From Candidatus Eiseniibacteriota bacterium (GTDB lineage Bacteria; Eisenbacteria; RBG-16-71-46; SZUA-252): 62,693 nt of DNA. Positions 33,878 through 41,282 of the stretch are shown in pieces. A program made the position numbers and the translations under genes. Under the pieces are notes generated by a model that worked only from the letters and a program-made list of their open reading frames with translations, did not search any database and was not told the DNA's origin. The number at the start of each line of letters is the position of its first letter. Positions within the stretch are counted from its first letter, which is position 1. The DNA lies in NCBI GenBank assembly GCA_036507115.1, contig DASXQO010000230.1, positions 1-62,693 on the forward strand, read 5' to 3'.

Positions 33878-34842
33878 CGGCCTTCGTGAGCCGAAACGCG
33901 CAGAGAGCCGCCGCGGGCGCGGTCTTCTTGGCGCTCGCGGCGTGGATCGTCTCCGCGTGCGGGCGCCTGGATCGTGGACCGGTCTCGGCCGACGGCGTGG
34001 TGTGGACGCGCGTCACGGCAATAGGATTGGGCGAGGCGGATCGGCCCGATTGGCTTGCCGATTCGATCGCGTTCCAGGTGCGCGTGCAGGGGCAGGATCT
34101 CGCGGCGGTCGGGGTCGAGGACGGAACCGGCATCCAGGTCCAGCCGCAGGCCAATGGCGCCGGATCGCGCGCCCCTCGGTGGGTGCGGAGCGGGCTCCTC
34201 ATCGAGTCCTCCGATCTCGGCGGATCGGAAGACCTCTGGTACCGCGAGGTCGCGACCGGCGTCACGCGGCGACTCGAGGCGTTCCCCGGCATGGAATGGA
34301 CTCCCGCGCCCCGCCCCGGGAGCCCCGGGATCGCCTACGTGGAAGGGGCCGATCCGGATTCCGGACGGCTCGTTCTCATCCCGGATACCTCGTCCGCACC
34401 TCTCGGGAGGATCGATCTCACCCCGGTGGGGCTCGCCGCGGGCGAGCCCGATTGGAATCCCGGCGGCGACGCGCTCTGCTTCAGCGCCGCGGGACCCAAC
34501 GGTTCGAAGCAGATCTGGAGGCTTTCCCTGACCGACACGCTCGCGGTCCAGCTCACGGTCGCGGCCTCGGTCAACCCGCCGGCCGGCCCGACGATCGACC
34601 GGAGCCCGCGATGGAGCCCGGACGGGACCCGCATCTTGATGGTCTCGAATCGCGGCGGGCGCTGGGGGGTCTGGTCGCTGAGTCCGATGGGGGAAGCGCT
34701 TGGCCTCGAGGTCATCGCGCAGGATCTCCAGAGCTCCACCATCCGGCATGCAATCTGGTCTCCGGACGGAAGCGAGATTCTCCTCTCCTCGGACCGCGGC
34801 GGGGACCGGGCGCTCTGGAGACTTTCGAACCTGGGTCTCTGA
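33856..34842 (+). CDS. TolB-like beta-propeller lipoprotein (PD40/WD40-like repeats)
   Basis: [15 protein letters not shown] lipobox. Repeated SPDG/WSPDG..I.f.S.R.G motifs ([46 protein letters not shown]). The start may be GTG 33886. Confidence 0.75.
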   Translation: MVRTLLRSAFVSRNAQRAAAGAVFLALAAWIVSACGRLDRGPVSADGVVWTRVTAIGLGEADRPDWLADSIAFQVRVQGQDLAAVGVEDGTGIQVQPQANGAGSRAPRWVRSGLLIESSDLGGSEDLWYREVATGVTRRLEAFPGMEWTPAPRPGSPGIAYVEGADPDSGRLVLIPDTSSAPLGRIDLTPVGLAAGEPDWNPGGDALCFSAAGPNGSKQIWRLSLTDTLAVQLTVAASVNPPAGPTIDRSPRWSPDGTRILMVSNRGGRWGVWSLSPMGEALGLEVIAQDLQSSTIRHAIWSPDGSEILLSSDRGGDRALWRLSNLGL

Positions 34843-35658
34843 TCAGGCGGGATCGAGGCCGGGCAACTTGCGGAGGATGGCACGCGCGAACCGGCGCGCG
34901 CTCGCTTCACGGCCGCGCGCATCGGGGGCAGCCAGGATCGAATCGAGCAGCGAGCTCCCCACGATGACCCCCTCCGCTTTCCCCCGGTAACGCTCGATCG
35001 GAGTCTCCGGATCGATCCCGAAGCCCAGACAGCGCGGGAGCCCCGTCAGCGCGCGGCAGCGCTCGAGAATCGAATCCACCGTCGCGTCGCTTCCGCCGCG
35101 CCCGGTCACGCCGAGCCGGGCCACGACGTAGAGGAACCCGCTCGCGCTCTTGACGACGCGCGCGAGCCGGGAGGCGTCGGTCGTGGGCGCGACCAGCGCG
35201 ATGGTGTCGATGCCGGCGTCGCGGACCTGCTTCCAGAGCTCGGGCTCTTCCTCCGGAGGCAGATCGACGAGCACGATTCCGTCCACGCCCGCGGCGGCGG
35301 CGTCCGAGGCGAACCGTTCGGCGCCGTAGCGAAGGATCGGATTCAGGTAGGTCATGAGCACGAGAGGGGTCGCATGGCGCGACCGCAGCCTCTTCGCCTG
35401 GCCGAGGACGTGCCCCAGGGTCACTCCCGCCCGTAGCGCCGACTCGGTCGTCCGTTGGATCGTGGGCCCGTCGGCGATCGGATCGGAAAAGGGCACGCCC
35501 AGCTCGAGCGCGTCCACGCCCTCCTCGCAAAGGACCGAGGCGAGGCGGTCCGATTCCACGAGGTCGGGAAATCCGGAAGTCAGGAAGGGGATGAACGCGC
35601 CGCGATGTTCGCCGCGCGCCGTTTCGAACGCGCGGCCGAGCCGGCCGTGCCCGGTCAC
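34843..35658 (-). CDS. trpA: Tryptophan synthase alpha chain
   Basis: 271-aa C-terminal part of tracked ORF 34843..36357. GAFIPFLTSGFPD, LELGVPFSDPIADGPTIQ, GFGI, and VIVGSSL. GTG 35658 overlaps the upstream stop (GTGA). No trpB is adjacent. Confidence 0.9.
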   Translation of the reverse strand: MTGHGRLGRAFETARGEHRGAFIPFLTSGFPDLVESDRLASVLCEEGVDALELGVPFSDPIADGPTIQRTTESALRAGVTLGHVLGQAKRLRSRHATPLVLMTYLNPILRYGAERFASDAAAAGVDGIVLVDLPPEEEPELWKQVRDAGIDTIALVAPTTDASRLARVVKSASGFLYVVARLGVTGRGGSDATVDSILERCRALTGLPRCLGFGIDPETPIERYRGKAEGVIVGSSLLDSILAAPDARGREASARRFARAILRKLPGLDPA

Positions 35659-36677
35659 CCGCCCAGGGCGGCCGCCCGCCGATACGCTTCGCGGGCCCGG
35701 GCCGGCAGCTCCTTCTTGTCGAAGGCGACGCCGAGGAGACGGTGGATCCGGGGATCGTCGGGCTTGAGGCGCGCCGCCGTCTCGAGCACCAGGATCGCCT
35801 GATCGACCGCCTCCTGGCTGTTGTACGCGACGCCGAGGTAATAGTGGAGGCGCGCGTCGTCGGGCTTTTTCTCGATCGCCTGCTTGAGCTCCGCCGCGGC
35901 GCGGGCATAGGCCCCGGTGCGCTGGTGCAGGAGTGCCAGGGCGTAGAGCGCTTCGACGTTTCCCGGGTCGAGCCGCGTGGATTCGAGAAGCGTGGCCTCT
36001 GCCTGAACCAGCTCGTCCTCGGCGAGGAGCGCCCATCCGAGGTTGAAGTGGGACTCCGGGGAATCCGGATCGAGCTCCACCGCCCGGCGGAATTCCTCGA
36101 GCGCCTCCTCGCGGAGACCCTCTTCGGCGAAGAGCGCGCCCAGGTTCGAGTGGGCCACGGCGCACGCGGGATCGGCCGCGACCGCGCGGCGGAGCGCCTC
36201 CACCGCCCCCGCCCGGTCGCCGCCGTCGGCGCGCGCGAGCCCAAGATTCACCCAGGCTTTGACGTGATCGGGCTTGAGCCGCACCGCCTCTACGTAGGAG
36301 GCCTCGGCCCGGCTCAGCACCCCTTGCCTCCCGTGGTGGAGGCCCTGCGCGTACCACGCTCCTACGTTCGTGGGATCGGACTCGAGCGCTCTCTGAAAGT
36401 AGAGGTCCGCTTCCTCGAAGCTGCGGGCGCGGGAGAGGAGATCGGCGAGAGACGTGAGCAGGTCGGCGTGGCGCGGATGGGTGAGGATTCCCTGGCGGAG
36501 GACGTCGATCGCACGGCCGCAGTGTCCTTCGAGCGCGAAGATTCGCGCCGCCTCGCGCGCCTGCTCGGGGTCCGAAGAGCCTCGAGCCAGCTGCTCCGCC
36601 AGGGCGAGGCCTTCTCCGCTCGAGGGTACCGCCCCGAGTGGAGCGTCCGTGATCGCCATCGGCAGAGCCCGATCCAC
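35655..36677 (-). CDS. TPR-repeat protein
   Basis: 340 aa with about 8 TPR units (AWYAQGLHHGRQGVLSRAEASYVEAVRLKPDH, AHSNLGALFAEEGLREEALEEFRRAVELDPD, and others). Confidence 0.8.
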   Translation of the reverse strand: MDRALPMAITDAPLGAVPSSGEGLALAEQLARGSSDPEQAREAARIFALEGHCGRAIDVLRQGILTHPRHADLLTSLADLLSRARSFEEADLYFQRALESDPTNVGAWYAQGLHHGRQGVLSRAEASYVEAVRLKPDHVKAWVNLGLARADGGDRAGAVEALRRAVAADPACAVAHSNLGALFAEEGLREEALEEFRRAVELDPDSPESHFNLGWALLAEDELVQAEATLLESTRLDPGNVEALYALALLHQRTGAYARAAAELKQAIEKKPDDARLHYYLGVAYNSQEAVDQAILVLETAARLKPDDPRIHRLLGVAFDKKELPARAREAYRRAAALGG

Positions 36678-36723
36678 GGGCGCAGCCTAGGGATCGCGCG
36701 AAGTGCGTGTCAACGAAAAAGGG

Positions 36724-37983
36724 TTACGGGATGGGTTCCAGATCGCGGGTGAAGGACTCGTCGAACCCCGTGGTCTTCTTTCCGTCCACGGATTTCTTGC
36801 GAGGCTCGTCGGAGTCGACTCGAATCGATATCTCCACCGTGAGCGTGACGCGTCCCGAGCGGGGAAGCGCGCCGAGATCGATCGGAATCGAGACCCTCCG
36901 GGCGTCTCCCGAGTCCGTGGAGTACCGGACCGAGGGCGCGCTCGAGGCGAGCGAGCCCGGCTCGCGCTCGAAGTCGCCGATGCGTTCCTCCGCCGCCGGC
37001 GCGCTGAGTGCCACGGGCGGGCGCGCGGGCTCTTCGGGGGGAGGATGCGCGATCAGGTCCTCCTCGGTGAGCACCAGCTCTTCCTCGGCGTTGAGCGGCC
37101 TGGGGAAATCCGCCACCGGCACCTCTTCGACCAGTGCCTCGTCCCCGAGGAGGGGGGTCGGCTCGAATACGCTCGGCGCCGCGATCGATCCGGCCGCCGG
37201 GGGCTGCGCGGGCTCTTCCGGTGCCTCGGTTTCCGCTTCCTGCTCCTCGGGCTGCCCCTTGCCGCGCTTCAGGTATTTCAGGAGGTTCCCGCCGGTGGCC
37301 GCGCGCTCCTTCCGGGACGCGGCGTCTTCGGCCCGCGCCTTCTCGGCCGAAGCTTTCGCCTTCGCGAGTCCCGCGACCGCCCCCTTGTCCTTCTCGAGCA
37401 CGTCCTTCGAGATCTTCGCGAGCAGGAGCTTCGAAATCCCGCGCAGGGTTTCGAACACCCCGGTTCCGTTCGCCGCCTGCGCCTCGAACCAGGGAACGTT
37501 CAGCCGATTCAGCTCGCGGTTCATGTCCGCGATCGGCATCGCGGTCGGAAGGTCGCGCTTGTTGAACTGAAGCACGAGCGGAATCGTCCGGATGTCGATC
37601 CCGTACGCTTTGAGATTCATCTCGAGGTTCGCGAAGGACTCACGATTTTCCGTCATCTTGTCCGCGGCGGAGTCCGCGACGAAGACGACAGCGTCGACTC
37701 CCTTCAGCACGAGCTTCCGCGTGGCGTTGTAGTACACCTGTCCGGGTACGGTATAGAGGAGCAGGCGGGTCTTCATGCCCTGGAGGTCGCCCAGGTCCAG
37801 CGGGAGCAGATCGAAGAAGAGGGTGCGGTCGGTCTGGGTCTTCATCGAGACCATGCGTCCACGATTCGTCTCCGGGACGCTGTCGTAGATCTTTTCGAGG
37901 TTCGTCGTCTTTCCGCTGAGACCGGGCCCGTAATACACGATCTTCGCGTTGATCTCGCGTCCCGAATAGCTCACCACCACCAT
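36724..37983 (-). CDS. mglA: MglA-type Ras-like GTPase fused to a 224-aa Pro/Glu/Ala-rich C-terminal extension
   Basis: Residues 1-195 follow MglA almost motif for motif: REINAKIVYYGPGLSGKTTNL, TDRTLFFDLLPL, LYTVPGQVYY, VVFVADS, and QFNKRDLP. Residues 196-419 have no match I recognise. GAGGAG SD lies 8 nt upstream of ATG 37983. Confidence 0.85.
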   Translation of the reverse strand: MVVVSYSGREINAKIVYYGPGLSGKTTNLEKIYDSVPETNRGRMVSMKTQTDRTLFFDLLPLDLGDLQGMKTRLLLYTVPGQVYYNATRKLVLKGVDAVVFVADSAADKMTENRESFANLEMNLKAYGIDIRTIPLVLQFNKRDLPTAMPIADMNRELNRLNVPWFEAQAANGTGVFETLRGISKLLLAKISKDVLEKDKGAVAGLAKAKASAEKARAEDAASRKERAATGGNLLKYLKRGKGQPEEQEAETEAPEEPAQPPAAGSIAAPSVFEPTPLLGDEALVEEVPVADFPRPLNAEEELVLTEEDLIAHPPPEEPARPPVALSAPAAEERIGDFEREPGSLASSAPSVRYSTDSGDARRVSIPIDLGALPRSGRVTLTVEISIRVDSDEPRKKSVDGKKTTGFDESFTRDLEPIP

Positions 37984-38076
37984 GGCGTCGCTCCTCGATT
38001 CTCTTTGGTTTCGTATCCGGACCGGATCCGCGGCGGATCGGGTGACTCGCGGCCGGTACCGGGCTCCGTGGTTGGG

Positions 38077-38091
38077 AGCACGATACGTGCC
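38077..38091 (-). promoter_or_regulatory. Sigma54-type (-24/-12) promoter candidate upstream of the MglA-type GTPase gene
   Basis: The minus strand reads cGGCACGtatcgTGCTc against the consensus TGGCACG-N4-TTGCW, with correct GG-to-GC spacing. It lies about 95 nt upstream of ATG 37983. An AT-rich tract at 38127-38146 lies further upstream. Confidence 0.35.
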
Positions 38092-38262
38092 GCCGTGTCT
38101 CGGGAAAGAGAACGGTGGGTGGCGGCTTCATCTTTAGGAAAAATGCTGCTTCGTTCGGGTGGGTTCCCGGCGGAAGGGGCCCACCACGAGGGTGCGGGCG
38201 GAGAATCATGCAGTTCGCACGGCGACTGACAGATAGCGGTCCCGCGCCGCCGCGGAGGTCCG

Positions 38263-38676
38263 TCAGACTCGGGGATCGCGCCGGATCCAGACTCCCTGTC
38301 GTTCCTTGATCTGGAGCTGGGGCGCTGAGGGATCCGAAACGCTTTCGTAGTGGCGAAGGAGGAGCTCCTTCAATACCGGGTAATCGGGCGACGGAAAGTA
38401 TCGGCTCACGCGGCTGAACATGCCGTCGCGTTCGGAATAGCGGAGAAGATCCACTTCGGTGACCCGTTCGTACTGGTTCTCGCCGTAGGCCGCTTCCGGC
38501 GTCTCGTCCACGTCGATCCAGAGCGACGCCACGCTGCGCGTCACTTCGAATCGGTGCTTGGTCCGCATGAGAAATTCCCAGAGCCCGAAGATTTCCAGCG
38601 GGACGTACCGGACCGTCGCGTCCGCGGCGGAATCCGGTCTCCGAATCTCGCACCGCACCAGCTTCCGACTCGCCAT
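38263..38676 (-). CDS. Hypothetical protein (137 aa)
   Basis: GC-rich third positions and balanced composition (MASRKLVRCEIRRPDSAADATVRYVPLEIFGLWEFLMRTKHRFEV...). AGGGGG lies 6 nt upstream of the ATG. No family recognised. Confidence 0.5.
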   Translation of the reverse strand: MASRKLVRCEIRRPDSAADATVRYVPLEIFGLWEFLMRTKHRFEVTRSVASLWIDVDETPEAAYGENQYERVTEVDLLRYSERDGMFSRVSRYFPSPDYPVLKELLLRHYESVSDPSAPQLQIKERQGVWIRRDPRV

Positions 38677-38807
38677 CGATACCCCCTACGAAGGGACCGC
38701 CTCATGGCATACGCGTTGCACTTGCAATCGTTCCAGAGCTGAGCCAGACGCCCGCGAGAGCGTGCGGTAACGTCTCGCACGTGTCCCGACATCCCGAGGA
38801 GGACGCC

Positions 38808-39005
38808 ATGAAACCGGATCCGCACTCCCCCGCCGCGAGGAACACCGCGAGGCGCGCGACGGAAGTCTATTGCCGGCGCGACAATCGCGTGTACGCGGTC
38901 TGCCCGCACGTCGCGGCCGGGTCGCGCTGTCGCTGCCTCTCCGAGGTCGAGACGGCGGACGCGCTCTTCGAGTCGGATGGAACGGACGCCACCTTCGGCC
39001 ACTGA
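38808..39005 (+). CDS. Small Cys-rich hypothetical protein (65 aa)
   Basis: ATG 38808 is preceded by GAGGAGG with a 5-nt spacer. MKPDPHSPAARNTARRATEVYCRRDNRVYAVCPHVAAGSRCRCLSEVE... has 4 Cys plus His in a possible metal-binding pattern. The tracked ORF starts at an upstream GTG, 38781. Confidence 0.4.
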   Translation: MKPDPHSPAARNTARRATEVYCRRDNRVYAVCPHVAAGSRCRCLSEVETADALFESDGTDATFGH

Positions 39006-39106
39006 GACGCTGGCTCAATTCATCCCACCGTGGGTGAAATGACGCCATCGCGGCCCGGACTCTAGGCGAAGGATTCGCCTCAAGTCAAACAAAAGCCCTC
39101 CTGTCC

Positions 39107-39136
39107 TTGACGGTTCCGGAGCCGCTCGTGTAGCGT
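39107..39136 (+). promoter_or_regulatory. Sigma70-type promoter candidate (TTGACG-N18-TAGCGT) for the acyltransferase-GT4-MFS genes
   Basis: TTGACG at 39107-39112 and TAGCGT at 39131-39136, about 45 nt upstream of GTG 39181. Confidence 0.35.
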
Positions 39137-39180
39137 CCCTTCGTGCCGGTCTCCCGCCATGAGTTCCACGCGGCGCGCCC

Positions 39181-40065
39181 GTGATTCAGAGCCTCCTGAT
39201 CGAGGTGGCTCTCGCGATCGCCCCCAACCTTCCCGATTCCGCGATCGAGTCCCTTGCGCGCGCGACGTCGCGTCTCGAGTTCGCGTTTCCATCGAGGCGC
39301 CGCCGGGCGGTGGAATCGAATCTCGGGTGGATCGCGAAGTCGGGGAGGCTCCCGGCGTGCCGCCCCCCGGCGCTCCGCCGCACCGCCCGCTCCATCTTCG
39401 AGAGCTATCACCGCTTCGTTCTGGAATACCTGGCGCAGCGCTCCCTCGATTCCCGCGGGCTCGACACGCGATTCCGTTTTCGGGGCATGGAAATTCTCTA
39501 TGAGGCGCTCGGGCGCGGGCGGGGCGCGGTCGTCGCGGCGCCCCACGTGGGGAACTGGGAGCTGGCCGGGATCGCGATCGCGCGACTTGGATTCCTCGTC
39601 CACGTCGTGACCGGAGTGCAGTTCCATGCGCGCGTCACGAACGCCGCGCGCCGGCTCAAGGAACGCGAGCGGATTCTCGTGAGCACTCCGGACGATGGGT
39701 TCCGGCCGCTGCTCCACACCCTGAGGCGCTCCGGCATCGTGGTGCTGCTCACCGACGGCGACGTGTTCACGCGGTCGCTCAAGACAGAGTTCTTCGGCCG
39801 CCGCGTGCCGTTTCCGACGGGCCCGGCGCTCCTCGCGCGCCGCGCCGGCACAGCGCTCGTCCATGCCCATGCCGAACGGATCGCTTCCGGCGATCACGTC
39901 GTGGCGTTCGACGGGATGGAATCGCCCCAACCGGAGCTGCCGGTCAAGGAGGACGTGCGCCGCATGACCCGGCGCGTGGCGTTCTATCAGGAAAAGACCA
40001 TCACGGACCACCTGGACCAGTGGTGCATCTTCCGTCCCCTCTTTTCGAACGGCGATGGCGCTTAA
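39181..40065 (+). CDS. Lauroyl/myristoyl (HtrB/LpxL/PatA-family) lipid acyltransferase
   Basis: AAPHVGNWELAG (H-x4-E/D acyltransferase motif), FFGRRVPFPTGPALLARRAG. About 294 aa, typical of the family. Confidence 0.75.
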   Translation: MIQSLLIEVALAIAPNLPDSAIESLARATSRLEFAFPSRRRRAVESNLGWIAKSGRLPACRPPALRRTARSIFESYHRFVLEYLAQRSLDSRGLDTRFRFRGMEILYEALGRGRGAVVAAPHVGNWELAGIAIARLGFLVHVVTGVQFHARVTNAARRLKERERILVSTPDDGFRPLLHTLRRSGIVVLLTDGDVFTRSLKTEFFGRRVPFPTGPALLARRAGTALVHAHAERIASGDHVVAFDGMESPQPELPVKEDVRRMTRRVAFYQEKTITDHLDQWCIFRPLFSNGDGA

Positions 40066-41263
40066 GATCGGGATCCTGAGCCAGGCCTACCACCCCGCGG
40101 TGGGCGGCGTCACGGAACACGTGGACGCGAGCGCTTCGGCGCTCCGGGAACGCGGGCACGACGTGGCCATCATCACCGCGCGGTTCTCCGGCGAGTCCCC
40201 GGAATTCGGGCGGAACGGCGCGAACGGGCACGCGCGCCGCGTGCATCGGATCGGCTGGAACGTCGCGGTCCCCTACAACGGCGCCGAAAACAACATCACG
40301 GTGGGCTTCGGCCTCCGCGAGAAGCTCGAGGAAATTCTGGAACGGGAGCGCTTCGACATCCTCCACGTTCACTGCCCGGTCTCGCCCGTGCTCCCGCTCC
40401 TGGCGCTCCAGATCGCCCGCCAACCGATCGTCGGCACCTTCCATTCCACCGTAACGTCGGATCTCGCGTTCCGCCTCTTCCGCAGGGCGCTTCTCCCTTC
40501 CTATCGCCGGATCGACCGGACGCTCGCGGTCTCGGAGGCGGCGCGCTCCTGCGTGCTCCGCCACTTCCCCGGACCCGTCGACATCCTCCCGAACGGAGTG
40601 AACCTGGACCGATTCCGTCCGGGATTGAAACGGCTCGAGCGGTTCGACGACGGAACCCCGAACATTCTCTTCGTGGGACGTCACGATCCGAGGAAAGGAC
40701 TCCCGGATCTGATGGCGGCGTGCGCGGCGCTCGCCCGCGACTCGGTCCGCTTCCGTCTCATCATCGTCGGGGACGGCCGTCTGAGGCGGCGGATCGAGGG
40801 GATGGCCCGCGGGGCGCTCGAGGGACGCGTCCATTTCGAAGGACGGGTGAGCAACGAGAACCTACCGCGCTACTACGCTTCCTCCGACGTCTTCTGCTCC
40901 CCGGCGCGCGGAGGAGAGAGTTTCGGAATCGTGCTGCTGGAGGCGATGGCCTCGGGAGTCCCGATCGTCGCGACGAACCTTCCCGGTTACCGGAGCGTGC
41001 TCACGCCGGGCTCGCAGGGCCTCGCGGTCCCGCCGCGCCAGCCCGGCGCGCTGAGGCAGGCGCTCGAAACCCTCCTGAGCCGCCCGGATCTCAGGAGGGA
41101 AATGGGCGCGCGGGGGATCGAGACCTCCCGGCGGTACGCCTGGCCTTCGATCGCCGAGCGGCTGGAGGAGATCTACGTCTCCGTCGCGGGCCGCGTCGGC
41201 ACGGCTCCCAGGATCCGGGGCTCGAGCGTGGTGCCTGCGTTCCTCGAGCCCGCGAGGAGTTGA
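40055..41263 (+). CDS. GT4-family glycosyltransferase, PimA-like
   Basis: GGVTEHV, VPYNG, FDILHVHCPVSP, IVGTFHST, ILPNGVNLDRF, and GGESFGIVLLEAMASGVPIVATNLPGYRSVL (E-x7-E region). 11-nt overlap with the acyltransferase gene. Confidence 0.8.
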   Translation: MALKIGILSQAYHPAVGGVTEHVDASASALRERGHDVAIITARFSGESPEFGRNGANGHARRVHRIGWNVAVPYNGAENNITVGFGLREKLEEILERERFDILHVHCPVSPVLPLLALQIARQPIVGTFHSTVTSDLAFRLFRRALLPSYRRIDRTLAVSEAARSCVLRHFPGPVDILPNGVNLDRFRPGLKRLERFDDGTPNILFVGRHDPRKGLPDLMAACAALARDSVRFRLIIVGDGRLRRRIEGMARGALEGRVHFEGRVSNENLPRYYASSDVFCSPARGGESFGIVLLEAMASGVPIVATNLPGYRSVLTPGSQGLAVPPRQPGALRQALETLLSRPDLRREMGARGIETSRRYAWPSIAERLEEIYVSVAGRVGTAPRIRGSSVVPAFLEPARS

Positions 41264-41282
41264 GCCTGGCCTTATCCGCCCG

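Noticed and set aside
33129-34967. 612-aa plus-strand ORF spanning the csrA region and the TolB-like gene
   Set aside because: It is out of frame relative to the TolB-like ORF (33856..34842), which has a lipobox and PD40 repeats. This frame gives Arg/Pro/Gly-rich sequence.
34907-36244. 445-aa minus-strand ORF overlapping trpA and the TPR gene in another frame
   Set aside because: Extremely Arg/Ser/Pro-rich. The overlapping frames contain bona fide TrpA and TPR motifs.
39064-39080. Hairpin aggcgaa-gga-ttcgcct after the 65-aa ORF as a terminator
   Set aside because: It is followed by an A-rich rather than a T-rich tract on the plus strand. On the minus strand the T-rich run precedes the stem. 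Wrong geometry for an intrinsic terminator on either strand.
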